Shown here piece by piece: positions 17,634 through 28,859 of a stretch of DNA of 32,000 nucleotides. The stretch lies in assembly GCF_000014265.1 (NCBI RefSeq), contig NC_008312.1, forward strand, positions 7,500,001 to 7,532,000, written 5' to 3'. A program made the translations under genes and the position numbers. A model generated the notes under the pieces. It searched no databases, was not told the DNA's origin, and saw only the letters and a program-made list of their open reading frames with translations. The stretch is from Trichodesmium erythraeum IMS101 (GTDB taxonomy: Bacteria; Cyanobacteriota; Cyanobacteriia; Cyanobacteriales; Microcoleaceae). Every line of letters starts with the position of its first letter. Position 1 is the stretch's first letter.

Positions 17634-19265
17634 TTTATTGGGTGACAAACAGGTCAAAACTATTGTGAGAGCATTAAATTTCTGTAAAAAATTGACGATT
17701 TTTGTAATAATAATAATTATTCTTAGTGAGGGTGTTGCTTCAGATCACCGACACCCAGAGCCTATATTGACTTAATATTCATTCAATGCTAACGACAAAG
17801 TTTATATAAGTCAATTTTCATTCCATAAGCATTTATTGCACATTTTTTACTGCCAGAGTTATGCCTAGGAGCCGTAATGGTGATGGATAATTTACCTTCA
17901 CATAAACTATAGCAATCTGCTTATAGGTTATGGTATAATTTTTTATGGAAAAATTTTTGGAAAATCGAATATTTGACTATCTGCAAAAAACTTAAATAAC
18001 TACTTAACTACTTTAAGATAACTGCAAAAATGATCAAGTTGTCTAATAAAATTTTTGGTTTGTAACCAAATATCTTTAACAGGATTTTGCTCGGTAGTAT
18101 TTTGAGCTAATTTTGTAAATTTATCAACTATTCTTATTTTGATAAATCTTGATTATTTGAGCTAATTTTGTAAATTTATCAACTATTCTTATTTTGATAA
18201 ATCTTGATTAATTGTCCTTAAGTATTATAGAAATTATTGAGAGTTATGGTAAGTTTCTCTATCCCCAAATCTTACTAATTTTTTACCAGGTATTTGAGCA
18301 GTGAAAATATTTCATAAATTGTATGGTATTTTTAGTATTTCCACGGATCTAATTTTTGTACAATAAATTATTGGGTTTGATAGTCTAAGTCGCTATAATA
18401 AGTCTGGATTTTAAATTAATTTTTAATTACAACTTTTATTTTTTAATCTGTTTATAGCCAAGCATCAGCTAATAAATATACCCATAAAATATTACATCTT
18501 TAATATAAAGAATATAAGCTTTTGATCTACTATTTCAGGTTGCATTATGGCTCAAAATTCCTTCCTAGCTTTTTTTTATTGCACTAATTAATCATTTTTA
18601 TTTAGCTTCTTTTTTTGAGGTTTTTCAGTTTGATAATATAGGTTTTTTTATAGTGATATATTTATCTATATAATGGAAAATATAGACTAAATATTCATAA
18701 GTTATGACTCACAATTCACCATATATAACTTACCAAAAATTGCTATTCATTCTATTTTTTTTTACCTGGATAAAAGAATCAATAAATGTATTTTTAATAC
18801 CTGGATTTTTTGATGATAATAACAAAGTTGACCAGAAAATCCTATAAGCACTATTCTATCAGTCAAACTAAATTGATCAATTGTTGGGTATTAGCTTGAC
18901 CTTCTCTAAAATTATATCCTCCTGTTTTACAGTCAAATAACATAGCTTCAATACCCATTCTCGAACGAGAATTTCTTCATACTTCATCTAAATTGTCAAT
19001 ATTTATCAACAGGTACTATCGTTCTTTTTCTACTTTCTGATTATATTTACTTTTTTCTAGCTATTTACATGCTAGATTTGTATCATTCAAGCTAAATTGA
19101 ATAATCAATCAACTTAGTGTTGGGGTGTCTAGAGCGCGATCACGTTCGGTAAATACTGATCAATAATAATTATTATTCTTGCAAAAACTACCAATTTTTG
19201 AGGTTAGTGAATATCCCACAAACCACTATCTCATAATAGTTTTAAGGTGCTTATCACCCCGTAAG
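17634..19265. mobile_element. Fully decayed ~1.6-kb element bounded by ~125-bp imperfect inverted repeats (possibly IS630-like)
   Basis: 17641-17765 (GGTGACAAACAGGTCAAAACTATTGTGAGAG...TTTTTGTAATAATAATAATTATT..) aligns with the reverse complement of 19120-19262 (GGTGATAAGCACCTTAAAACTATTATGAGAT...TTTTTGCAAGAATAATAATTATT..). The interior has no long ORF. One relic, ..GAVMVMDNLPSHK (~17865-17905), resembles an IS630 DDE block. Confidence 0.5.
18101..18210 (+). repeat. Perfect tandem duplication of a 55-bp unit (2 copies)
   Basis: TTTGAGCTAATTTTGTAAATTTATCAACTATTCTTATTTTGATAAATCTTGATTA occurs at 18101-18155 and again at 18156-18210. Confidence 0.95.
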
Positions 19266-19389
19266 AGCAATAGATATGATGTGAAAAAGGATACAGAGGA
19301 GAATGAGCCAAAGTCCTTATGAATAGGAGCTATAAGTAAAACTTCTGAGACTAGAAGCACTCAAAGGTCAAGAGAAAGAAAGGAGAAAT

Positions 19390-19650
19390 TGATTTAAGAT
19401 ATTTAGATGAAAGTGGGTTTAATTTGATTTGATTCCTTAGGAATGGCCATATAAAGATTTAATAATAACTTGTAAAAGTTCTTCAAGTAATGTTATGGGA
19501 TTAATGAATTACTAAAACGAATTATTTGATGCCCATAGTCAAGGGAAATATTAATAGTGCAGTAGTTATTAAGTTTTGGGAAAAATTTAGTTAAAAATTG
19601 TCCAAAAGAATTGTAGTAGTTACGGACTAAGCTTCAATTTATTAGAGCGA
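19390..19650 (+). pseudogene. Relic of an IS630-family transposase (central part)
   Basis: Translation fragments are ..IDLRYLDESGFNL.., ..NVMGLMN.. and ..KELVVVTD-stop-ASIY.., interrupted by many stops. Confidence 0.4.
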
Positions 19651-19814
19651 TCGCGCAGTGAATAAATTAGAAGAACAGCTGATGGGAATTCCTATAGTAA
19701 TTACTATATATTTCCGGTTGAGAGATCATAATTATAAATTTTGTAGGATATTAACCAATATCTCTTTAGCTTGATTTTATCTGTCTAATTATGACTTTTC
19801 AACCGGAAATTATC

Positions 19815-20591
19815 CTAAGGTTCTCTAACCATATCCCTATTTGGTTGAGACCAATTAGCTGTTTCCTCATTATTAGTACTGGACCCATTACTAGGTAATT
19901 CTAAGCAATAGCCAGCACCATATACGGTTTTAATATACCGAGGATGACGAGGATCTGGTTCCATTTTAGTTCTGAGATGTCTAATATGGACTCGAATTGT
20001 CTCAATATCATCGTCTGGATCGTAACCCCAGACTTCCTTAAGAATTTCACTAGGAGATACTGTCTGGCCATGGCGTTGTAGTAAACAATGGAGTAACTCA
20101 AATTCCAGATGAGTTAATTTAACTGTTTGATCAAACCAGATAGCCTCAAACCTTTCGGGAACCAGGGTCAAAGGGCCATAACTTAGTATTTCACTATGTT
20201 TAGCTGCTTGAGGAATTCGATCTGTGCGTCGCAGTAAAGCACGGACTCGTGCCAGCATTTCTTCTATTTCAAAGGGTTTTGTTAAATAATCATCTGCACC
20301 AGCATTAAAACCTTCTACTTTATCTTGGGTTTGACCCAAAGCAGTTAACATCAACACTGGAATATCCGCTGTTCGTTCATCACGACGCAGACGTTGACAT
20401 ACTGTAAACCCATCTACTTTCGGCAGCATTAAATCTAACACTATCAGGTCTGGTAATAGTTGCAAAGCTAGAGCTTGTCCTTTTATACCATCTTCTGCTT
20501 GACTAACTTCATAGCCAGCCATTTCTAAGTTTACGGCAACGAGTTCTGCGATCGCAGGATCATCATCAATGACGAGTATTCGGGGCATCAT
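19815..20591 (-). CDS. rpaA: OmpR-family response regulator RpaA (circadian/global output regulator)
   Basis: A 258-aa ORF. The receiver domain ([103 protein letters not shown]) and winged-helix domain (..[73 protein letters not shown]) closely match the Synechococcus elongatus RpaA sequence as I recall it. Confidence 0.9.
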   Translation of the reverse strand: MMPRILVIDDDPAIAELVAVNLEMAGYEVSQAEDGIKGQALALQLLPDLIVLDLMLPKVDGFTVCQRLRRDERTADIPVLMLTALGQTQDKVEGFNAGADDYLTKPFEIEEMLARVRALLRRTDRIPQAAKHSEILSYGPLTLVPERFEAIWFDQTVKLTHLEFELLHCLLQRHGQTVSPSEILKEVWGYDPDDDIETIRVHIRHLRTKMEPDPRHPRYIKTVYGAGYCLELPSNGSSTNNEETANWSQPNRDMVREP

Positions 20592-21189
20592 TTCCTACAC
20601 TTAACCTACGATTTTTTCTTATTGTAATGTTTAATTAAGATTTTTAAGCTTTTCCATTAAATGTGAGATTTTTCCTTCAAAACATTACTCTTCTTTGATC
20701 TTCATTTTTATATTTTTCTTTAACACGAATTTATTTTATTGTCAAGCTATTAAATGATAACAACAAATCTTTGCTGGGACTGTAACCAAGTTCTTTTATT
20801 CTAATGATGCTGTTTAGATACGACTTAAGGCCAAATGTTTTGTTCATAGACATTTATTTTCCCATTCTTCAACAGAAAAAAATCCCGAGAGATTGGCATC
20901 CTAATTGTAATAACTCGTATTTAATACAATCATCTTCAAGAGAAGTCGCCGATACTATACTAGTTAAAATTGACTTGACAGTTTCCTCTGTTTTGGGAGG
21001 GCAACAATAGACTTACAGTATAGGAGGACATAGTTGATTAGATTTTAGACTTAACAACTAATATACAGCACTTTCCCCACGTGATGAGGTACACTTACAA
21101 ATAAGAATTTAATGGTATAAATATAAAGTCATATCTAACAAAACTCACCAGAAAAAATAGTTGCTACATATATTCGATCATAAGATATT

Positions 21190-21790
21190 AATTGGCATTT
21201 ATGGCCATCTTATGTTCTGTTACTAAAAGTTTAGCCCAAAAACTGGTAAAACAACAAAAAACAGATGGAAATTTAGAACCATTAAAACCTGGGAAACAAA
21301 GATTTAGTTATCCCACAAATACATATAAGAATTTAAAATAACTTGTGTCAGAATATCTAAGTACTACTATTGCAAAACTATGTGAATTGTTTGAACCTTT
21401 TAACAGGAAATTTGGTAAGTCTTACTGCCATGTGTCGAGCTTTAAAAAAATTGGTATTAAGCCGTAAAAAAAATGCAGAGTAGCAGCCAAACCGAGACAG
21501 AAAGAGTACAAAGATTAAGATAAGAATAGAAAAAAATATAGGCCCATAAAATTTAGTATTTATACATAGAATAGGTGTGATGCTAGGTTTAAACAGAAAC
21601 CATGCACCCTAACTCTAAGGGGACAATGAGTTAATGAAACGAAAGCATTTTATTGAGGTCAGAAATTTATAGTAATTGGTGTAGTAAGCATTAAAGAAGA
21701 GTATGATTCATGACAATAAATAATTCAATGATCAGCATTACATTTTAAAGTATTTATTGAATATTTTTTACTTTGTTCCATAATCTAGAT
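21190..21790 (+). pseudogene. Strongly decayed IS630-family transposase relic (N-terminal and central parts)
   Basis: Fragments such as ..LVKQQKTDGNLEPLKPGKQ.., ..TIAKLCELFE..FGKSYCHVSSFKKIGIKP.KK and ..TERVQRLR.. are scattered over frames with many stops. Confidence 0.4.
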
Positions 21791-22258
21791 ATGAATTACA
21801 AATATTCATGCCTCTTGACTATTTATTCTCGTTCCTATTAATTTGTCGATAAATTAGAGTAATGGCAGTAGGAAAATAGTATAATAAACAATTATTTTAT
21901 GTAATTTATCACTCAGCACCAAATTCTTTCCCTCTTTCATCAAAAAAACTCTTGGACAACTTTTCCTGATAGTTGAGACTTCATTGCTAAGTCAAAACCT
22001 GTAATGTGTCCCTAATTTTTTTTAACTAACAGGTAAAATCAATTATTCAAGTAATTTTATTGCTGCTCATGTTGTTTATGTATAGTAGATAATTATCTAG
22101 GTTAATCCATAAATTGCAAATAAGCGTCAGGATTAACTTAGCATTAAGAATCCCAATACAAGAGAAGTTACAATAGAAAAAATATTTGTATGACTTTAAA
22201 GGTTTTTCGGTATTTTGGATATATTTATTATTCTTGAGGCAGATTTTTTTGCCTCTTA

Positions 22259-22338
22259 GATGTACTTTCGCTTTATCTATTTGTACCCTATAGTATCGAT
22301 TTGTACTCTATATTATTAATTTTGCACTATTTTAAAAT
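22259..22338 (+). promoter_or_regulatory. Array of four phased ~20-bp direct repeats with a TGTAC/TGCAC core, ending at the start codon of the lipoprotein gene
   Basis: The cores lie at 22261, 22282, 22302 and 22323 (spacing 21, 20 and 21 bp). The units are GATGTACTTTCGCTTTATCT, ATTTGTACCCTATAGTATCG, ATTTGTACTCTATATTATTA and ATTTTGCACTATTTTAAAAT. Confidence 0.3.
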
Positions 22339-22803
22339 ATGTTTCGTAAATTAACAGTTATTGGTAGTATTATTGTGGTTTGTTTATGGAACACTGGTTG
22401 TAGCGATAGCATGATTGTCCAGTGTAGTAAATTAACTGGTATTATTCAAAGTGGTAATGCTCTTCTTGAGACTAAAGCTCCTTATGATGCTGAAACAACT
22501 GATAAGCTTGGAAAAGATCTAAACGAAATTGCTCAAAAGGTCAAAGCTCTAGAACTTAAGGACGAAAAGCTTCAACAGCTTCGGAATCGCTTTTATCAAG
22601 TTTTTCAGAAACTTTCTCAAGAATTTATGTATATGAGTTCAAATCTTAAAACTATCACACAAGTAGAACCTTCATTAGAGGGTAGAAAAAAGTTCCATCA
22701 GGCCAAGGCTGGAATTACTGAAGCAGGGGAAAAGGCAAGTAAATTTGCTGTAGATGAAGATACCTTGGTAGAGGAACTAATTAGTTATTGCAAAGAGAAA
22801 TGA
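22339..22803 (+). CDS. Small putative lipoprotein (154 aa), helical and Lys/Glu-rich
   Basis: The signal sequence MFRKLTVIGSIIVVCLWNTG-C has a lipobox-like LWNTGC. The ORF is intact, with no recognisable family. Confidence 0.6.
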   Translation: MFRKLTVIGSIIVVCLWNTGCSDSMIVQCSKLTGIIQSGNALLETKAPYDAETTDKLGKDLNEIAQKVKALELKDEKLQQLRNRFYQVFQKLSQEFMYMSSNLKTITQVEPSLEGRKKFHQAKAGITEAGEKASKFAVDEDTLVEELISYCKEK

Positions 22804-23880
22804 TTAGCAAAAATTTGAGTTTAAAGCTTTCCACTTCTAGGGGTACTTTATTTGATTATTAGGTTAAAAGGTACAAAACAACTTTAGTCTGTAACAAAAA
22901 GTAAAATGCCTCTAAAATCTTTTCCCTTTTATCTGCTGCCTTTTCATTAAGATAATTTTGAATGCTGAGAAACAATATTTAGCTAAAAACCAAAATACAA
23001 ACCTTTTTTAAATTGCTTATTATGTAATTATGTAACTTGAAAAAGTTTTTTGGAAAAATTTGGTCATTTATTTGAGAACAGCTCAAAAGTAAAGTCATGA
23101 TTTGTAAAATTAGTAACAAGTTTAATAAGGGAATACTCCCGCCTAACCACAAACTAAAAGCCATGAAAACATATGGCTGGTCGTAAAATGACATCAAAAA
23201 AAAATATATCTCAGTGTTGTTACGATACGGGCAACGATCAGGCAATATTTTCCAAACTATCAACCCATTTGCGTTTGATCACAATAGTAAGGCAATGCCT
23301 GTAATAGCCGTCACTTTAATCAGTGATTATACAGATATTAAGGTGTAAGTTTTGAGTCGCTTAAATGTTGCAAATATCTACTTAAGAATGATAGCAGATT
23401 CCAAGTATATGAAGTAAAAATATTAACAATTGAATGTTTCCGGTGCGGGCATCTTGCCTGCGTTGGTATATCTTACCAAGGTTTAATTCGTTGTAAAACT
23501 ATTCTTGATTCTTAGAATTTAAAAGATAAATAATATCATGTTTGGATCAGTGCGTTATAATACTGGAGCTGAATAAGTTTTCTCTTTCTTATTTTCACCG
23601 AATGTTATCAGTTACAATTTCTCCCAAAATATTTGGCCATAAATCTAGAGAGCTTATACCATTGTGAAAAAAAGGATATTATAAGTGATTAGAAGCGATA
23701 ACTTTTTAAATATTAGATACTGAAAGGTAATCCCTACCTAAATATTGGCCATTGATAAAGCATCAACAATAAATTCCCAGCCAGTGGTTCGAGCTATTAC
23801 TTTTTTTTGGTCTACAAGCAGCTTTTTTAGGGTTTCTTCTGGGTCAATAATATTAATTTTTATATTCCAGGACTTATGGT

Positions 23881-25360
23881 ATGACAAGCCAGCTGGGAGA
23901 TAGATATATCAAGAAATTTACAGTTTAAGCTGAATAATAATTCAAGTCCAATGGAAAGCTTATTGAGAATAAGGGGGGGTTGGTGAACATAAAACGTTCA
24001 CCAACTCCCCCCCTATTTTAGGTTGATTATTTATTCAAAAAAAATATTTTAAATGCTATTAAAAATATAATAAAAGATTGTTTATAATTCAACAAAAAAA
24101 CAATCTAAATGAAGATATTGGGTAATTATCAAGACCAAATAAAGCATAAATTAAGTTCAGCGATCTAGTTGAAATATTAAAAAAAATTGTGGTATTTAAT
24201 ATCAGTGCATAAAAATGTACAAATATCAAAGTCATCAGCTTTTTTTTACCTACAAATTAAATCTAAAAATAGCCGAAAATATATATAATTATTTTTAATG
24301 TTAAAAGTATTAATTTTGTATATATGGTTTACTTTAGTCGAAATTATGATAAATACACGGCTTTTATTTTCATCATAGTTAGTGTTAGTTTTAAATAATA
24401 ATTAGTAGACAAAAATATCAATATATTAATTATAAGTGTAGTGTATAAAAAAAAAGAGCATTACCTATATACTGGAAAATTTTAAGTCATCAAGGTGTAA
24501 GTAATAGAATGGAACAATAAGAAGTAATTCGTCTTTTTTTAAGATAATTGAAAAAATATTAACTAATTTTAGTATGAGATAAGGAATTCCATAGTATATA
24601 TCTATCATGTTGGTTAAAAAGTCATTTTCAAAAATATCTATACTTTCCATTTATACAAAGAAAAAAAAACCGAAACTAAGGGTAGTAGTAAATATTTTAA
24701 ACTATAGCAATTAATAGTAAAAATTAGCTTAAAAAAAATATTACTAAATAAAAAAAGTCGAAAATCAAGGAATTCATTTTTCGCAATTTTTGATCTATAA
24801 GAAAAGTGTAAAATTAACCAGAAAATCTATCATAAACATGATAAATTATTAGTTCTTTTCATCATAATATAAAATCAAGAAAGTATATATTCAAAGAATA
24901 ATAATTGAGGTCATTTTCAAAGATTGTAAGAGTAAAATTTACAATATTGAAGGAGCAAAAGCAAATAAAACTAGATTAAATAATTGAATTTTACTACATA
25001 GCTATTTCTTAGACAATTAGTTAATTTAAAGAATAAAAAATTAAAAATAAAGGTATGTAAAATATATGTAAAGAAGGAATAAAACAGGCAAAATAGAGAG
25101 AAGGCATAATAACTTTTGGATTAGATTCTATGGTGTTTTTTGGATATTTTATTATAGTTTCATTCAAGAATAGGTAAAAAATTTAATAATGCTAAGTTCT
25201 CATAAGTTACCCTATTATCAAAAAGGAATTAAAGCTATGTTAAAGATTAATAATCTGTATAATCGTTAATTTTTTATGATTAATTAAAATTAATAAAAGT
25301 GACCTTTTTTCTAATGTTGTTGGCTATTAAATTTAAACTATTTTTTAACGAAAGTAGGGG
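23881..25360 (+). mobile_element. ISY copy 3, extremely decayed (A/T-run expansions, no ORF left); the left terminus is slightly truncated
   Basis: It is collinear with copies 1 and 2: ATGACAAGCCAGCTGGGAGATAGATATATC.., GCTGAATAATAATTCAAGTCC.., a palindrome, GGTTGATTATTTATTCA, and a body and tail (..SHKLPYYQKGIKAMLKINN.. region ~25190-25260). Confidence 0.65.
23973..24013. repeat. GC-rich near-perfect palindrome in the left end of ISY copy 3
   Basis: GGGGGGGTTGGTGAAC - ATAAAA - CGTTCACCAACTCCCCCCC. The arms are complementary except for a 2-nt bulge (CT). Confidence 0.85.
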
Positions 25361-26986
25361 TGTAGTCAGGGAAAATGCATCTAATTTTTTTGACAAATGA
25401 CCAAGAGGTACATTTCGAGAACTTACTCTGTGAGATATCTAAGTTGACGCTCAACAAATGCTATTTTTGGGAGCGCGAGTGACTTTCCATGAGTGCGCGT
25501 CTCCTCAATTAATCAATGATAACTGATATAAGGCTATTTATTGTTTATATTTCTATCTGCAATCACTCATTTTTTTAAATTATAAATAAATATTATTCTG
25601 GCTTTTATTGTAGCTATTACAGTCTGCAAGTACTTAATTTTTTCAAGAATCATAAGTTATTATTATTTGACTTTTATTCTGGATATAGCTAGCCGGCAAT
25701 TACCCTTAACTCATCAAAGTAAAATCAATAATAGTTCTCTTAATTCACGGTAAAACATAATCATACTAAGGAATATTTTTACTTGTTTCTATTCAGAATT
25801 TATTGTGAGCCGAATAAAATTTTGAGGAGGTAATTATTGTTCCATCCTACTCTTTTTTATTGATTTTTTATTCCAGTTATAACAGTTTTTTCTTGACTTA
25901 ATAAATTTCAAGCTATTTGTCTAATTACTGGGAAATTTTCTGGAGTATTATCCTTTATTATTCTAGAATCATCATCTTGGAATTGAAGATTCAAAACCCA
26001 ATTTAATTGGTTTTCAATTCCCCAATAACCACAAATAGCTTCGGCTAAAAGTTCAGCATTATTAGGTAAACTACTAGAGTTATTGGCTATTTGCGAGATA
26101 TTTTTCCTTTCAATCTGCCCTATTAATCCACCTAGATAATGCCAGAATCATATTTTTTGAGGTTGATTTTTCCAATAATTGTCAAACTGTTGACACCACC
26201 TTTCAAAGCAGGGAGCTATGGTGTTAATGGTTGTTTTTCTCATCTTTAAAAGCTTCGGTTAAATCGTTATTTAATAAGCATTATAGCTTAATTTTACTCA
26301 TTAAGTTGTGTAATTCTCATTCGTAAAAATATACTCTGCTGAAATTGTCAAAAACAGTAACCCAAAATATTTTTATTTTTTTGTATCGTGAAAAGCCTTT
26401 AATTTTGATTATTTTTCCTAATAATTTTTTAGTTTTGCTCCAAATTAAATATTTAAAATATTTATATTTTTCTGTATTATTCATATCATCAACGCGCACG
26501 ATAAAAATATCCAGTAATATTATTTGATAATCCTGTGAAGTGGTAGGAATATTATTTGTTTTACTTCGATTACTTAAGTGTGATTACAGATAGTATGACC
26601 AACAATAAAAATCAAATATTATTATTTGAGTCCCCTCAAAAAAAGTGATGGCTGGCTGTGACATCAGCAACCAAGCCCAAAAAATTGTAATTGAATAAAG
26701 TTAAAGGACGAAAGCGTTTGATGGAGCGACATGAAATGGCGAGAGGGTTAGACAACGGTGTATCGTGGAACAGAGTTCTATTGCTATCGCTCACAGGAAA
26801 ATAGTGTTTGTGGATGTGATATCAGATGTAAGCTGAGACGCATTCATATTGCATTTTGATGCCATGGAAAGTCTTATATATGATTCGAGAGGAAAAATTC
26901 ATGCCTCCAATACGATCGCAGAGTGTGTCCTCGAAGCCTAGTATTGGTTATTTGTCAAAAAAATTAGATGCGTTTTCCCTACAACA
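25361..26986 (-). mobile_element. IS with ~42-bp inverted repeats, carrying an internally deleted transposase pseudogene with an ISAs1-type C-terminal block
   Basis: TGTAGTCAGGGAAAATGCATCTAATTTTTTTGACAAATGACC (25361 on) pairs with the reverse complement of 26945-26986 (TGTTGTAGGGAAAACGCATCTAATTTTTTTGACAAATAACC). The minus-strand reading from the ATG at 26243 gives MRKTTINTIAPCFERWCQQFDNYWKNQPQKI-stop..YLGGLIGQIERKNISQIANN.. joined directly to ..YWGIENQLNWVLNLQFQDDDSRIIKDNTPENFPVIRQIA-stop-NLLSQEKT. Confidence 0.6.
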
Positions 26987-26990
26987 ATTC

Positions 26991-27441
26991 TCTTGTGTTA
27001 ATTCATTTGACTGAAAGTGTTTTTATTTTTTTGGAGGAGATGACCAAAACTCATCACTGCTAATTTGTGAGGTTTCAAGCTCTTGGACATGAGCATTATG
27101 AATCATCTGTCCTTTTTGAGAGGCAGCTCTTAGCAAACTGACTACTGTATTATAGGAAAAATTAACTGTGCGACTAATTCCTCTTAAGCTACTACCCTCG
27201 ACATTAGCTAGCAAAACTATCCCCATTTGTTCAGGTAAAAGTTGTCTGGGATAGTAGAGAGTGTCGAAGGTATCACTGAAAATTTGCAGGCATTCGGGAC
27301 AATAATATCATTGAGAACATTGCTAGTTTTTCTATGGTGGGCGAGTTTTGTGATAGCCACATAGAGGATATTCCATGATGATTAAAAGTATTGAGGGATA
27401 ATAGTTATATTACTATTCCCACACTTTCTTGATGCACCACC
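26991..27441 (-). mobile_element. 5' fragment of an IS1-family element (left inverted repeat plus degraded insA-like part)
   Basis: The reverse complement of 27418-27441 is GGTGGTGCATCAAGAAAGTGTGGG, an IS1-like inverted repeat. ORF 27023-27226(-) encodes ..LLANVEGSSLRGISRTVNFSYNTVVSLLRAA...ISSDEFWS.., preceded by the zinc-finger relic ..CPECLQIFSDTF.. with stops. Confidence 0.6.
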
Positions 27442-27494
27442 TACAATTAACTATTCCTATCCCACGTGAGGGTAGCTTTGCGGAACACAAACAT

Positions 27495-28184
27495 AAACAG
27501 TAAATTTGACTGATAGCTCCATAACGCTTGATGCCTGCAAACAACTTTTCACATATCACCCTAGACTATTCTTAATTTCCGATTTTCCAATTTTTGTTTC
27601 TTGCTTAATTGTTTTCACTTCAGTTTTTTATGGGGAATACAGATATTCTCATGTTGATTTTGGATACCTTGAAAACCACTCATAACTTCTATCCCACATT
27701 CCGCACTTCATATTGTATCACAAGAGGTTACAAGAAAATATCTATTTAATTAAGTAGAAATACAAATGGAGTTTAGTAACTTCAAGTGATATCATAAAGC
27801 TGATAATTGCATTCTTATTGAAGATCAAAAAATGTCTTTAATAGAAGAAATATCAGTTAAAAATATTGACCATTTAGGAATAGTTGCAGGGTTAATTGAT
27901 TTGAAATAGAAAAGTATGTAGAATAATTTATCTTTACTAGTGTGTAAATAAGCCTTATAGCTTTCTCTTATAGAACGTTGACGAGTTTTTTTCAGTAATG
28001 TTTGCTCATACATTTGATTAAAAGAATTTAACAAAGATTCAAATACTTGAGGGTTTAATGGGTGTTAATGCCCTGAATAATTTATCTTGTTTTAAGACTC
28101 GTTCTATATTTAGCACTTTTCTAATTTAGCATTTTTCTAGTCAATTCATTTTTGAATCATTTTACCCTATTTCCCAACAACTCT
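27495..28184 (-). mobile_element. ISX-B (diverged ISX subfamily), decayed copy lacking its 3' terminus and carrying foreign DNA at ~27700-27905
   Basis: Its left inverted repeat ends at 28184 (..CCCTATTTCCCAACAACTCT). 27906-28184 and 27495-27700 align with the reverse complement of the 5' and 3' coding parts of ISX (..FNQMYEQTLLKKTRQRS..DKLFYILFYFK; ..CEKLFAGIKRYGAISQIY..). Confidence 0.7.
27832..27905 (+). pseudogene. Short N-terminal relic of another transposase type (DUF4277-like start of IS4/IS1634-type proteins), embedded in the decayed ISX-B copy
   Basis: MSLIEEISVKNIDHLGIVAGLIDLK-stop. The ..DHLG.VAG.ID.. pattern is typical of that N-terminus, but only 24 codons remain. Confidence 0.3.
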
Positions 28185-28671
28185 ATTGATGAATTTCCAG
28201 CTCTAGTACATAATGTCCCATCCGTAACTGTTGAGACCATAGTTCATATTCTAGGCGCAAATAATCAGGAATTGGTTTACCCAGAACTTGTAAGTTACGG
28301 GTAAAGTTACGTAGTTGCAACTGATGATGTAAATTTAATGAATCATCTTGAAGCCAATAACGACAGATGCCGTATACTCCTGTTTGCCAAACATGGCGGT
28401 AACTATATTTACCGTTTCCTTGCATAGTCATAATAATTCTAGACAGAGAAACTTCTAACCACAAAAGTCTGGGTTTAGCAGCAGTTGGCAATATTGGTAA
28501 TTCGTCTGTATATGATACTTTTGTATCCGTAATTGCAGGTTCATGCAATAATATATGGAATTTATCCCGGTCTTTGTGATAAAGAGTAGCTGAAGTTTTA
28601 ACTATAGACCAAATTGGTAAGTCTGTTGATATCAGTGATAGACTTATAGGTTTGCGTTGATAGGTTAACAT
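28183..28671 (-). CDS. Hypothetical 162-aa protein; its stop codon overlaps the terminal bases of the flanking IS
   Basis: An intact ORF with ordinary composition (..RLLWLEVSLSRIIMTMQGNGKYSYRHVWQTGVYGICRYWLQDDSLNLHHQLQLRNFTRNLQVLGKPIPDYLRLEYELW..). The stop TAG is the complement of 28183-28185, and 28183-28184 are the last two bases of the ISX-B inverted repeat. Confidence 0.6.
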   Translation of the reverse strand: MLTYQRKPISLSLISTDLPIWSIVKTSATLYHKDRDKFHILLHEPAITDTKVSYTDELPILPTAAKPRLLWLEVSLSRIIMTMQGNGKYSYRHVWQTGVYGICRYWLQDDSLNLHHQLQLRNFTRNLQVLGKPIPDYLRLEYELWSQQLRMGHYVLELEIHQ

Positions 28672-28859
28672 ATATGTTCTCAGATTGTAGTTCTTGGTTT
28701 ATATAGTTGTTATTTTGTTTGCAATTTTTCCAGATACATCAGGTAATATGCTTGTTAATAAACTGACAAAAAAATCAAACAGATAGAAGCAATAATTTTA
28801 TCAATAACTTGGCTATTGGGATAAGTTATTGGTTTTTTACGTTTTAATTATACCACATT

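Noticed and set aside
18101-18210. Possible CRISPR array (direct repeats)
   Set aside because: There are only two directly adjacent 55-bp units with no spacers and no repeat-like palindromic structure or cas genes. This is a simple tandem duplication.
19901-20101. ORF 19901-20101(-), 66 aa
   Set aside because: It is an alternative frame entirely inside rpaA.
20804-21010. ORF 20804-21010(+), 68 aa, upstream of rpaA
   Set aside because: It has no recognisable family, an odd composition and no ribosome-binding context. It lies in a region with IS630 relics, so it is treated as a chance ORF.
22979-23263. ORF 22979-23263(-), 94 aa, hydrophobic
   Set aside because: It lies in AT-rich intergenic DNA, its hydrophobicity is explained by T-rich codons, and it has no start context or homology clues. 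I cannot fully exclude a small membrane protein.
23742-23861. Minus-strand reading ..INIIDPEETLKKLLVDQKKVIARTTGWEFIVDALSMANI-stop, possibly a gene 3' relic
   Set aside because: It is only ~39 codons long, with no start and no recognisable family, so it is not reported as a feature.
24465-24650. ORF 24465-24650(-), 61 aa
   Set aside because: It lies inside the fully decayed ISY copy 3 and is low complexity.
26317-26527. Overlapping ORFs 26317-26499(-) and 26345-26527(+)
   Set aside because: They are mutually antisense AT-rich frames within the non-coding interior of the 25361-26986 element.
28672-28859. Search for the missing 5' part of the Crp-family gene on the far side of the ISX-B insertion (the ATT duplication suggests a simple insertion)
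   Set aside because: Reading across the restored junction gives ..LAIGISYWFFTFNYTTLLLKQEFG... The upstream part does not look like a Crp cNMP-binding domain and soon hits stops, so continuity could not be supported.
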